IMG/VR virus record: IMGVR_UViG_3300009037_000003
Coordinates: 64,001-128,000 of that record
Length of the DNA: 64,000 bases
Strand: one strand, 5' to 3'
Origin: a virus
Lineage: Duplodnaviria > Caudoviricetes
Positions 47,149 to 56,404 of this stretch are shown in pieces (position 1 is the first letter of the stretch; the number at the start of each line of letters is the position of its first letter). The notes under the pieces were generated by a model, which saw nothing but the letters and a program-made list of their open reading frames with translations, was not told where the DNA came from and made no database searches. Made by a program: the position numbers and the translations under genes.

Positions 47149-47739
47149 TTACAACTGCTCCCAGAAACTAATGCAGTATCTATCTTCTCGTAACCCGACA
47201 GGAATAGGCCCTTTAACTAAACGAACCCTGAATTTAAGTTGACTAGCAATGTCGTGATTAACTAACACTGTTGCAGCCTTTTTTAGGTCATCAGCTTCTG
47301 ATAGGAATGTCTTAAGTCGAACTATACTTTTATGAGATTCAACCGATATTCCGAAATCGCTAGCATCTCGCGGATTCCACTTGAGTAGACATTTGATACA
47401 CTTATTGACGGATGTTTCCAGCAGCCCCTTGCCTTTGCAATATGGGCAGCGAGTGCCAAGAACGAATGGTTGCGGCCCTCCTGCCTTATAGATCCCATTG
47501 GACCGCTTCCTGAGTGAGTCGTATGAACAATTTGGACACGGCGACGTTATTGGGTCAAATTCCAGATACACATTTTTGCCAAGTTGATTGATTAGCGCAT
47601 CGATTCTCGATTGATATATTCGGATCAATGAATCCTTGATTTGAATGGAGGCAGCCGGATCGAGAATTGGACACGATGGAGCAGGCTGCGGAATATATCC
47701 GTTGATGATGAATTCAAAACTTTGATTATGCGTGGCCAT
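47149..47739 (-). CDS. Putative head closure protein with zinc finger
   Basis: CPNC...CPYCKGKG; position in the neck region. Confidence 0.55.
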   Translation of the reverse strand: MATHNQSFEFIINGYIPQPAPSCPILDPAASIQIKDSLIRIYQSRIDALINQLGKNVYLEFDPITSPCPNCSYDSLRKRSNGIYKAGGPQPFVLGTRCPYCKGKGLLETSVNKCIKCLLKWNPRDASDFGISVESHKSIVRLKTFLSEADDLKKAATVLVNHDIASQLKFRVRLVKGPIPVGLREDRYCISFWEQL

Positions 47740-47750
47740 ACATTACTCCG

Positions 47751-50054
47751 TTATCTGATATATTCTTCCATATTTCGTGGATGGTTCGGTTTCGTACCAC
47801 CGAAAACACATTGTCCGCTAAATGTATTTCCCCCGTTATCTGTCATAACGTAAAAGTAATGTTTATAACCTCTTGTTGCTTGTGGCAAATTTACAGTCGA
47901 CCATCCCCAGCGACCAGTATCTCCTATTTGATAGCATGTGTCACTAGTCAATTCTACAGCCTCATTAGCACCATTCGAAACATCCCACACTTGAATGGTA
48001 ACTGTTGATGCCGATGTAAATGTTCCTATAAGCTGTGGAGCATAATCAGAACTAGCCAACAGCCAATCAAGCGAAACGCCTACTGCAGGGGCAGGAGGCG
48101 GACCGAAACAGACAAGATCGCATGACGCAGAATGATGCGGAGACGTGCCGGAGGCAAAAAGATCGCAGCTCTGATCAATTGTCTCAAACGACGCTGTATA
48201 CAAGTCGATGGAATCGTTGGGGGTTCCTGTATATTCCCCATATTTATCCATCGTTTTATCGTACAAACTACCAAGTCTATACGTCTTATCTATTTCGTCA
48301 TCTGTAAATTGTAAGAAACTACCCTTGTCGCCAGCCCAAAGTACTATTTCGTCGATCCACTGGTTCGAAGCTCCATCGTCTATTTCCAGAGCAGGATTGG
48401 TTACCGTTCGTGCCGTATCGAGAGAACCGTCGCTTTGTGTTCCGAGATCTTCGTATCCGCTACCATCTAGAGATACGTATAGATTCCAGTCGCCGTCCGT
48501 ATACTCAAAATCAAGCAGCGCAAAATGGTTGTCGCCGTTGTTGAGATTATCCATCACATCAACTACGTTCGACCCACTCCATACTACTCCGTCTGGCCCT
48601 AAAGCGATCGATCCAGATGCTAAAGATATCTCATAGTCCTTAGTTACAGTAACTTCTGAATTGTCTATGGTAAGATTTCTGGACCACAATCCGAGAGTTA
48701 TACGATCACAGCCGCTAGCAACAGGATATTCCTCTTCGCAAGACAGTGAAGCGGCTTGATCGAGTACGCCTATTTTCGCTACCTGCTTTTCTGAATCCGG
48801 ATATCCGAATACGCATTTTGAGGAAGATAATACTCCGACACTACCGGCCGCAGACTGGACGACCTGCGATCTTCCACCAAATTCTATATTTGTGCCGTCT
48901 ATTCTCCCCGTACGCGCATATAGGTAGTAGTTGCCTGGATGACTAAGTTTATCAACGTATGAAACTACGATCGTAGTATCATCAAGTTTGGCGGCGCTAA
49001 TATGATATATGTGAGCAAATCCGGTATCTGGCTCGAAATAGGCTTGATCGCCAAATGTTATACCGGTACCATCAACCGTAACTACTCTGGCAGCACCTTT
49101 CTTATCGCTAGAGGTAGACCATAAAATTACCGCCGTAGACGAATCTATTCCAACCGCTACGCTGCCTATGTATCCTAGATCGTCCTTTTTGAGGTTGGAT
49201 GTATAGTCATAAGCATTGCCATATGTGATTCCAGTACCATCTATTGTTGCTACTACAGCATAGCCACTAGTAGTTGCTATTTGATAGAAGAGCAGCACGT
49301 GTGTTGAATCTAGTGTAGCGGCGCAGTCGGGAGTTATGTTGCTATAGTCCGGATAGCTGTATTTTGTCCCGACCGTAAATTGTGTGGTACCAATGGTACA
49401 GACGCAAGAATATGCGCCTATCCCCGCATTGGAAGACTTACCGCCAGCGATAAACTTTGTGTCGGTCAGTCTTGCTAGCACTCCTCCGGCGTTAGAATAT
49501 GGGTCTGTTAAATAATATCTCCATCTAGTTTCGGAACTGCCGTCCGTGATAGTGTACAGGTCAGTACTGCCGTAATAATTGCAGAATTGAACGACTTGCC
49601 CATCTTGTCCATCCCAATGCATCAATATACTGGTGTTTGGATAGTTATCGAAACCTCCGCCAGTAAGCGATGGGCCAAAATCTATCGCCGTGCCATCAAC
49701 GGTACCACTAAATGCTCCCGTTTTGCCCATGGCAAAAAATGTGTTCTCATCCAGGCCAACAATTGTTTTCGGATACGTTGTCGTTTCAGAGGCGGTATAT
49801 GCGTCCCCGAATGATACACTATCGGCTGTAACTGCACTTGTTCCACTACCGACTTGTCCTTCGACAAAACCGCAGTCACCGGACCATGCTGTTTGTAATG
49901 TATTTTCTATCCAGTCGTCTAATGGGTGGTAAAAGATAACATTATCAGACCTGAGTATTCCGGAAAGTACAACTAGTGAATCTTCTGTAAGGAAAAATCC
50001 AGAACCGTCCTCAAGCAGGTAGCTGTCGCCGTTTTCAAGTAAGTACTTACCCAT
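47751..50054 (-). CDS. Virion accessory protein: beta-propeller within a LamG-like domain plus shared C-terminal module
   Basis: LLEDG N-terminal repeats; roughly 55-aa blades T(V/I)DGT.I.(F/Y)G; WIDEIVLW; C-terminal GDTGRWGWST. Confidence 0.55.
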   Translation of the reverse strand: MGKYLLENGDSYLLEDGSGFFLTEDSLVVLSGILRSDNVIFYHPLDDWIENTLQTAWSGDCGFVEGQVGSGTSAVTADSVSFGDAYTASETTTYPKTIVGLDENTFFAMGKTGAFSGTVDGTAIDFGPSLTGGGFDNYPNTSILMHWDGQDGQVVQFCNYYGSTDLYTITDGSSETRWRYYLTDPYSNAGGVLARLTDTKFIAGGKSSNAGIGAYSCVCTIGTTQFTVGTKYSYPDYSNITPDCAATLDSTHVLLFYQIATTSGYAVVATIDGTGITYGNAYDYTSNLKKDDLGYIGSVAVGIDSSTAVILWSTSSDKKGAARVVTVDGTGITFGDQAYFEPDTGFAHIYHISAAKLDDTTIVVSYVDKLSHPGNYYLYARTGRIDGTNIEFGGRSQVVQSAAGSVGVLSSSKCVFGYPDSEKQVAKIGVLDQAASLSCEEEYPVASGCDRITLGLWSRNLTIDNSEVTVTKDYEISLASGSIALGPDGVVWSGSNVVDVMDNLNNGDNHFALLDFEYTDGDWNLYVSLDGSGYEDLGTQSDGSLDTARTVTNPALEIDDGASNQWIDEIVLWAGDKGSFLQFTDDEIDKTYRLGSLYDKTMDKYGEYTGTPNDSIDLYTASFETIDQSCDLFASGTSPHHSASCDLVCFGPPPAPAVGVSLDWLLASSDYAPQLIGTFTSASTVTIQVWDVSNGANEAVELTSDTCYQIGDTGRWGWSTVNLPQATRGYKHYFYVMTDNGGNTFSGQCVFGGTKPNHPRNMEEYIR

Positions 50055-50078
50055 AATCGATGGAACCTCTTTTTAGGC

Positions 50079-50717
50079 TTACCCGCCACCTACCGATGAA
50101 ATCTTCGTAAGAATGAGAGCGCTTTCTCCCATAAGCGATACTTCCACATCATCGTTTTCGCTACCGAAGTAAAGCTCAAGAGTACCCGTGTCGGAAACTA
50201 CCATTAGGCCTTCGATGACCAATAACATATCTGAGTCTGCGGTATCGACACCAGATATTGGTCCGATGCCACTACTGCTTTTTGCTCTTACTGAATAGCT
50301 GCTCATAACGTGTGCGTTATCGTCACCAGTAGCCGATTGATCGCCATATACGGTTGCTCCATCTGTACCATTGCATACGAATCTGTAATTTGCCACAAAC
50401 GATGAAACAGTTCCTGCGTAGTTAACCGATATTTTCATGCCGTTACCAGTATTTTCCGATCTGTATCTGATGTAATAATTGAAAACCCAGGTTCCAGCTT
50501 CTAGCTCCTGATCGAAATCTTCTGCCTTAGCCATTTCAGATGTGGATGATTGTGCTGTCGATCCAAGAGATTTAACAGTAACAAGCCCAGTGCCTATGAA
50601 GTTCGCCAATTGTGTGGCTGTAACCTTTTTTGATGTACCATCATCGTTTACTGCGAACTCATTATCTCCAGAAACAGAGTCAGCAGCTGGTAATGCGCTA
50701 ATTTTTGTATCAGCCAT
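50079..50717 (-). CDS. Short fibre/whisker-like virion protein
   Basis: MADTKISALPAA...GTSKKVT N-terminal anchor typical of phage fibres. Confidence 0.55.
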   Translation of the reverse strand: MADTKISALPAADSVSGDNEFAVNDDGTSKKVTATQLANFIGTGLVTVKSLGSTAQSSTSEMAKAEDFDQELEAGTWVFNYYIRYRSENTGNGMKISVNYAGTVSSFVANYRFVCNGTDGATVYGDQSATGDDNAHVMSSYSVRAKSSSGIGPISGVDTADSDMLLVIEGLMVVSDTGTLELYFGSENDDVEVSLMGESALILTKISSVGGG

Positions 50718-50729
50718 AAGTTTCTCCTT

Positions 50730-51266
50730 CTATCTCTGACTCTTTCTGTCAGTTGCAAATTGATCATAATACCACGAAATCGTAGAAGATCCGCTGGTAT
50801 CGGCAGCCCTGTAGGGTCCCAAAACTGCCTTGCCTACTCCTCCGTCGGTAGTAGCGCCAGATGCTAAAAGCGTCCACTTGAGTCTTTCGTACGCGGCACA
50901 CGGGCCAAGTTCTAAGATATCTCTATAACCACGGAAACTAACACTAGTATCGATAGAGCTATCGCCGTCTCGGACCTTAATCCCTTGGCCAAGAGCTTGC
51001 TTAAACTCACCTTGTGTAATGATACAAGCAGCTTTTAACGGAACCAAGGCCATAAAAATCTGATCGCTGCTAACAACAGGATCTGGGGATATGGTTATTC
51101 CACCAATATTGTAAACGTATTCATACGCAAACGGTATCTCTGCGTCAACCATTATTCCAGCCACGACTAGAACCTGTTGGAGATATGCGTCCGAATATGT
51201 CTGAGGCGATGACATATCATTGATGATGAGTCGTACCATTAATGCTAAGTCAGTAGTCCATGCCAT
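50730..51266 (-). CDS. Putative head-tail adaptor
   Basis: MVRLIINDM....YSD..L; ISPDP; synteny downstream of the capsid gene. Confidence 0.55.
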   Translation of the reverse strand: MAWTTDLALMVRLIINDMSSPQTYSDAYLQQVLVVAGIMVDAEIPFAYEYVYNIGGITISPDPVVSSDQIFMALVPLKAACIITQGEFKQALGQGIKVRDGDSSIDTSVSFRGYRDILELGPCAAYERLKWTLLASGATTDGGVGKAVLGPYRAADTSGSSTISWYYDQFATDRKSQR

Positions 51267-51275
51267 TTATCGCTC

Positions 51276-52490
51276 CTAATTCTCAGGCACCCTGATGATG
51301 AACTCGCCATATTGCGATTCACCGATATCTGGTATCATTTCGTAGTAGTAGTGATACTTATCTCGTTCCGATGTAAACGGTAAATTATTCGTAGACCATC
51401 CCCATGCTCCGGTATCGCCTATAGAATAGCATTCGTTATCAGTAATTACCACCTCAGAATTTTGCCCATCGCCGACATCCCACACTCTAATTGATACGGT
51501 TGTTGGTGATGTCTGAAAGTTACAAACCAATTCGGGATCATAGTCTCCGGTTTTGGTTAATCGATTGATACTTCGTAGAGATGTTGTCCCCGGGGATGGA
51601 GTTCCTACACCTCGAATATACAACGATCCTGACCCGGCACAACTATCAACTGGATCTCCGTCACTCCTAGAGAAAAATCTTACACAACGTATATCGTCGT
51701 AATCGTCTGCGAGAAGTTCCTGACTGCCGCCACCGATATCATCGCATAACAATTGACCCGCAGAGTTTGATGTCCAATACAATTTGTCATTCGTCGGATC
51801 GAAAGATACAAAATACGGACTATTTAAGCTTGACAGAACTGTTTCGACATTGCCAGTAATTAACCCCGATGCTTCTATCGAACCTCCGATGAGGTTAGAC
51901 CAGTATATAGTATTACTATCGATATCCAAGTGCAAACCGGCAAATCGTCTTGTCGCATTTACCGCTACGCGGGTGTGTCCTGTTCCGTCATAATTCATTT
52001 TATGAATAGAGTAATCGGAATCGCCAGGATGCCCAGCGCCGACGGCCGTCGACCAGTAGACACACTCATTATCGACATCGATAACTATATCCTCAATGCC
52101 GCCATATCCAATGGAATGGTAACCACTATACATTATCTCAATATTGCCACCGTCTAGGTCGCATTTGATAATACGGTCATAGTACGAATCGCCAAACCAT
52201 ATTTTATCGTTAACGGTATCAACAGCTACGCCGCGAGTATTCATGTAGGTAGCTGTCTCTGGAATGTCGTCTGGCGATATTATCGTTTCCAGATTTGTGC
52301 CGTCTGGATCACATTTCTTTATGTTCCTAAAATCGTTGAAATAGATCTTATTCGCCGACGTATCCAGACAGAATGCGTGCGGTGAGTATAGGTCAGAAAC
52401 AACGACCGACGGACCTTCCAGGCTACTTCCTAGCTGGTTCAGTGTACCGCTACCGACACAAGAAAAATAAATTCCAGCGAAATCAGCCAA
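51276..52490 (-). CDS. YWTD/LDL-receptor class B-like beta-propeller virion protein plus shared C-terminal module
   Basis: Repeats D....K(I/L)Y(W/F)...I.KCD.DG; C-terminal GDTGAWGWST. Confidence 0.65.
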   Translation of the reverse strand: MADFAGIYFSCVGSGTLNQLGSSLEGPSVVVSDLYSPHAFCLDTSANKIYFNDFRNIKKCDPDGTNLETIISPDDIPETATYMNTRGVAVDTVNDKIWFGDSYYDRIIKCDLDGGNIEIMYSGYHSIGYGGIEDIVIDVDNECVYWSTAVGAGHPGDSDYSIHKMNYDGTGHTRVAVNATRRFAGLHLDIDSNTIYWSNLIGGSIEASGLITGNVETVLSSLNSPYFVSFDPTNDKLYWTSNSAGQLLCDDIGGGSQELLADDYDDIRCVRFFSRSDGDPVDSCAGSGSLYIRGVGTPSPGTTSLRSINRLTKTGDYDPELVCNFQTSPTTVSIRVWDVGDGQNSEVVITDNECYSIGDTGAWGWSTNNLPFTSERDKYHYYYEMIPDIGESQYGEFIIRVPEN

Positions 52491-52502
52491 TCCGATTCCC
52501 CT

Positions 52503-52850
52503 TTATATCTGCTTTATATAAGTACCGGTTGCACTAAGTGATGGCATAAAACCGTCTTCACCTTCGTGGGATATGAGGACAAAATCACCATTATCTGTAT
52601 TTGACCCATCGGACATTCTCCAATGGAACTGCTGACGACTAGCAGTTAGAACTGGAATTCCACTAGTTGACCAGCTATATCTACCCGTTTCATCGATCTC
52701 ATTGCATCCGCTGGCAGAAAGAACTATCGGAGTACCGTTTTCCCATAGTTCTATGTTGACTGTCTGCCCAGTGACAAGTTCGCCAATAATAGCCGGTGGT
52801 GATTCTGGAAAAAAATCGAACTCTGCTATAGACTGACCGATCAATGCCAT
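52503..52850 (-). CDS. Stand-alone copy of the shared virion module
   Basis: TVNIELW...CNEIDETGRYSWST..P...FHW.M. Confidence 0.55.
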   Translation of the reverse strand: MALIGQSIAEFDFFPESPPAIIGELVTGQTVNIELWENGTPIVLSASGCNEIDETGRYSWSTSGIPVLTASRQQFHWRMSDGSNTDNGDFVLISHEGEDGFMPSLSATGTYIKQI

Positions 52851-53251
52851 TATCGTTCTCCTGTGTCGCAGATTAGACTGTTGAGTCTATCTATTATTTC
52901 TGGCTGTAGGAAATATTGTCTGAACTCATCGTTTGTGTATCTGATTCTAGCAGCAACGCCTCTCGCCCTCAACGGGAAATCCAGTGATTGCAACCTTTTT
53001 GTAACTGTCGACCCGTCAAGACCCAATATCTGACCTATCTGTGATGACGACAAACCGAGGTTATATAGAACCACGAAAACACGATCTGGGAAACTTTTAT
53101 TTGCTTCTGATCGACTTCTGATTTTAACGCCAAGTAATGTTAATATATTATATACAGTTGTTTCACTACACTGAGCTGTTTTAGATATTTCCTGACAGCT
53201 CAGCCCGCCATGGTAAAGTGCGCAAATTTCAGCATTCGATAAAATCACCAT
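52850..53251 (-). CDS. Tandem helix-turn-helix protein
   Basis: Two LY..GLS..(E/Q)I.......TV...L...(G/D)...R units. Confidence 0.7.
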   Translation of the reverse strand: MVILSNAEICALYHGGLSCQEISKTAQCSETTVYNILTLLGVKIRSRSEANKSFPDRVFVVLYNLGLSSSQIGQILGLDGSTVTKRLQSLDFPLRARGVAARIRYTNDEFRQYFLQPEIIDRLNSLICDTGER

Positions 53252-53286
53252 ACAACTCCAGCCATAAAAGGAGTGTTCACAAGTTG

Positions 53287-53295
53287 ATTATACAC
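53287..53295 (-). promoter_or_regulatory. Class I (late) promoter motif GTGTATAAT
   Basis: Intergenic copy of the motif. Confidence 0.7.
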
Positions 53296-53310
53296 CCAGG
53301 AGCAATAATA

Positions 53311-53931
53311 TCACAGAGATATGGTGTATCGATACTTCTGGCCTAGTCGGATCTTGATGAGATTCCTTTCGGTCGCTAGTTGCTTTTCTGTTTTATCGAT
53401 ACCGGGGATGCGGCGACAACACGACTTGTGTCTTAGTTCCATCTTCGCGGCGTCAAGGTAGGCATAACTTTCTTTAGTATGCCCGTCTTTACTCCATCCA
53501 GCCATCCTATACACTCCGCCATTATGACCGACGGAGCTATCGGCAAACGAAACTAACCTTTTGATTTGAGGATAGTGTTTCTTTATATAGTTACAGCTCT
53601 CGTTTATGAATTCGCACGAGAATGGCTTGACGACAAAGAAGGGGATACACAGTCTGACGAGTTCCCACGTGTCCGGCTTTATATGTTTGTTTGTGCCGTT
53701 TCCGAAAATACTAATACCGATGATGATACCACCCCTCTTGGCAACCAAGATTAACCTGTTAGGTGGTATACTGCCAAGATAGTGTTCGTACCTAATATGG
53801 TCTCTAACATCTCTCGCCGACGCTACCGATATGGTATAATTATTGGCGACTATTGTACCTTGCTGATCAAACAACGCAAAATCGCTGTCTGTTAATCCAC
53901 TCCGTTCGATAGCGAAATCAGGATAAGATCG
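53311..53931 (-). CDS. Mom-like GNAT (adenine modification) domain, in frame with the upstream HTH-HNH ORF
   Basis: HYLG, IG...FG, WELVRLC, LVSFAD...GH.G.VYR.AGW, K.RY. The frame is open right up to the upstream TAG. Confidence 0.75.
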   Translation of the reverse strand, partial: RSYPDFAIERSGLTDSDFALFDQQGTIVANNYTISVASARDVRDHIRYEHYLGSIPPNRLILVAKRGGIIIGISIFGNGTNKHIKPDTWELVRLCIPFFVVKPFSCEFINESCNYIKKHYPQIKRLVSFADSSVGHNGGVYRMAGWSKDGHTKESYAYLDAAKMELRHKSCCRRIPGIDKTEKQLATERNLIKIRLGQKYRYTISL

Positions 53932-54762
53932 CTATATTTTCCACCATGGGTGTCCTAAATGGAATCCGCCCTGTTCAATATTGGAATGCTCGTCTTCTGT
54001 CACCACAAGACAGTTATCTGCAGTATAGAACCTCTTATCGGCAGCGATTATCAAATTCCGATATCGATGTGGTAATGGCAGATTTTTCGTCATCGCCGAT
54101 TTGAGAATGACACGAAACGGGTATATGTGATGGCAATTAAGCGCTCCAGTCTTGCCGGAAATTTCACTCTTAAAGCCACATCTTTTAAGACCATCCTGCC
54201 GCCATTTCATATTCGCAGTACTTGCCCTCACGGCATTCTTCGCACTATTAATCCCACCTTTCCACGCGCCATTATACCATAGGATATTTTTGCGTCGTGC
54301 TTTATTGATACCGATAAATCGTGATCTGACAAAACTATAGCTTTTGCCGTAATAGAAAGAAATCTTGCCGCACGACCACTTTGCGGCATCGTATAGATGA
54401 ATCAACTGCGAATCTGGAATATTATCGCTTTTATGATGCAGCCTGATCCCCGATTTCACCGATCTCGTACCGCGTCCAGATTTCTTTAATCGCATTTTGA
54501 CAAAGTTATCGCTAGTACCTAGCCGCTTCGCCGTTTCTGCAATGCTAAGATTTTGGTTCCAATAGAGGTCGACGACCTGTTCGTCTGTTATATCTGGAAG
54601 AGAATTCTTTATCGACGGTCTGATCTTTATGCCTATTTTCTTAAGATATCTATAAATTACAGAGTAACTTACACCGAGAGCTTTGGCGCAGTCTGTTATC
54701 GTCATGCGACGGTTAACATATAAACCTAGCAGCTTGGCCTCGTCAACTGGTATCTGTTTCAT
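53932..54762 (-). CDS. HTH-repeat HNH endonuclease-like protein
   Basis: Three HTH repeats, N..WKGG, WR...LKR..F, L.CHHI.PF...N..V....EH. Confidence 0.75.
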   Translation of the reverse strand: MKQIPVDEAKLLGLYVNRRMTITDCAKALGVSYSVIYRYLKKIGIKIRPSIKNSLPDITDEQVVDLYWNQNLSIAETAKRLGTSDNFVKMRLKKSGRGTRSVKSGIRLHHKSDNIPDSQLIHLYDAAKWSCGKISFYYGKSYSFVRSRFIGINKARRKNILWYNGAWKGGINSAKNAVRASTANMKWRQDGLKRCGFKSEISGKTGALNCHHIYPFRVILKSAMTKNLPLPHRYRNLIIAADKRFYTADNCLVVTEDEHSNIEQGGFHLGHPWWKI

Positions 54763-54767
54763 GCTAC

Positions 54768-54796
54768 ATTATACTTTGTAGCCCATAACAATTTAC
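54768..54796 (-). promoter_or_regulatory. Class II promoter GTAAAT-N17-TATAAT, probably leaderless
   Basis: TATAAT lies 5 nt before ATG 54762; follows the capsid terminator. Confidence 0.55.
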
Positions 54797-54798
54797 AC

Positions 54799-54828
54799 AA
54801 AAAGAGACGCCGCCCGAAGGCGGCGCCT
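54799..54828 (-). terminator. Intrinsic terminator of the capsid gene
   Basis: AGGCGCCGCC-TTCG-GGCGGCGTCT then CTTTTT. Confidence 0.88.
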
Positions 54829-54861
54829 GTACTTTTTCGACACATGGTCGATAAGCTATTT

Positions 54862-55887
54862 TTAGAAGCTACCGAGAAGAACTTTCATTCCATCGAGAGC
54901 GCCGAAGCCCAAATTTGACCACCCATAAAGTCCTGCTTTTTGTTTTCTGTGAAGAGTATCGTCTTCAAAGATTTCGAGAGGTACTTTCACCGGCATAACG
55001 AACGAATCCTGAGAGGTAAGATCTAGCCCGATAACAATCTCCTCGTCTCCGGTGCCCATAGAGGCGCCAAGAGTTGCGAAGTATGTCTGTAGCTCCTGAC
55101 CGACACCGAGTTCGGTTAGTGGGTGAATGTTAACACCGTAGATCTGAGCCAGAGCGCCTTGCTGATCCTTGGCGACAAAAATTTCCCGACGGGTAACATC
55201 GTCAACTTGATCTTTGTCCCATTCGCGAATATCTTCCAACGCCTCTAGGCTAACATAGAGGTCTGTCAGAACGCCCTGAGTAGAGCTAGCAGTATTACCG
55301 CCAGCCAACCGGGTCATGGTCGTTTTCATGAGAGAGATCAATTTCTTTGTGAACTGTCCAGCCGTAGCGGCAGAGTCATAAACCAATGGTGCTCCACCGT
55401 TGTAGTCTGTGCGACCAGCGCCAGCGGCGATAAGAACACGCCAGCCGTCGGTATTCATTTTCTTAATAAAACCAGCTTCTAGAACTTCCATTGCACGAGC
55501 AACGATGTTCCAGCGTGCTGTCCGAGAATAGCTGAGCGGCCAGTCGATGGCATTACCGATAGGGTAAGTACCGATCGTTACTTCGTCACCACAAACAGTG
55601 CGTTGAGGCAATGCGCCTTCGCTCGGAATCATATACGCAACATAATCATTCGCCTGACCGGATTGATACAGGTCTAGCGGATAAGTTGGTGTTGCCGATG
55701 GATCTAGAACTTCCGGAGTAAAAATACCAGAAACGATATCACCGGCTAACAAAGCCGATCGTAGCGGTACTTGCAACCCCTGAGCTAGCGTATGCATTGC
55801 TGCTAGAGCGACTGATTTGTCGGACGACCCTGTTTGTCTGAGTAGTTCGATTTGTTCTTGCGTTGGTTGTACAATCTTACGTTTCAT
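54862..55887 (-). CDS. Major capsid protein (HK97-like)
   Basis: 341 aa; last gene of the portal-protease-decoration series; strong terminator; IYGV.I and GLYGW...GFGALD C-terminus. Confidence 0.82.
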   Translation of the reverse strand: MKRKIVQPTQEQIELLRQTGSSDKSVALAAMHTLAQGLQVPLRSALLAGDIVSGIFTPEVLDPSATPTYPLDLYQSGQANDYVAYMIPSEGALPQRTVCGDEVTIGTYPIGNAIDWPLSYSRTARWNIVARAMEVLEAGFIKKMNTDGWRVLIAAGAGRTDYNGGAPLVYDSAATAGQFTKKLISLMKTTMTRLAGGNTASSTQGVLTDLYVSLEALEDIREWDKDQVDDVTRREIFVAKDQQGALAQIYGVNIHPLTELGVGQELQTYFATLGASMGTGDEEIVIGLDLTSQDSFVMPVKVPLEIFEDDTLHRKQKAGLYGWSNLGFGALDGMKVLLGSF

Positions 55888-55907
55888 ATACGGTTACACC
55901 CCCTTTA

Positions 55908-56384
55908 TTACTCGATATTGATACTTACTCTGGCAAAACCACTGGAGTCTTTGGCGGTCTCAAAGCGGCCAATCTTGGGAGCTTCATTCGCCTGAACCTT
56001 ACTAATCATACCACTAGCTGCGAGATAGGCTGGATCGCCAGCAGTCGGAGCAGTACCAGTGATCATGTCAGTCACAACCCACCCCTTAGTGACCAGTGTG
56101 CATTTATCGCCAGGACGAATTTCCTGAGCTTCGTAATTGACAAAATCTCTGGTTGCGCTGAGCTTTGCAGCTACTGTCTGTAGCAGAACACCCTTTGCAA
56201 TTGCGCCAGACGGATTGTCAACATAACCTACGACGTTCGGATCGTCGGTGATATTCACACCAAGCGACGCACCGCTATCTGCCGTAACGATACTAGCTAC
56301 GCCGCCCTTCTCAGCGGCTACTGTGGTCCAAAAGTTTGTAATATCAGTCGTTTCGTTGTAATCTCTATCACCTTTTAGTGCCAT
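55908..56384 (-). CDS. Capsid decoration/cement protein
   Basis: GVLL, KGWVVTD, P.AGDPAYL...G, IGRF...KD..GFA.V; lies between protease and capsid genes. Confidence 0.7.
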   Translation of the reverse strand: MALKGDRDYNETTDITNFWTTVAAEKGGVASIVTADSGASLGVNITDDPNVVGYVDNPSGAIAKGVLLQTVAAKLSATRDFVNYEAQEIRPGDKCTLVTKGWVVTDMITGTAPTAGDPAYLAASGMISKVQANEAPKIGRFETAKDSSGFARVSINIE

Positions 56385-56404
56385 ATTAGACTTACCCCCA
56401 TTAA

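Noticed and set aside
44348-47739. Contractile tail sheath gene
   Set aside because: No sheath-sized ORF with the usual PGVY start near the tube gene; the organisation fits a non-contractile tail.
53932-53934. Genome-wide TAG reassignment (alternative genetic code)
   Set aside because: Many genes end at TAG at natural C-termini (e.g. ssb DDMPF at 7940, also 5095 and 10708), and long ORFs are intact under code 11.
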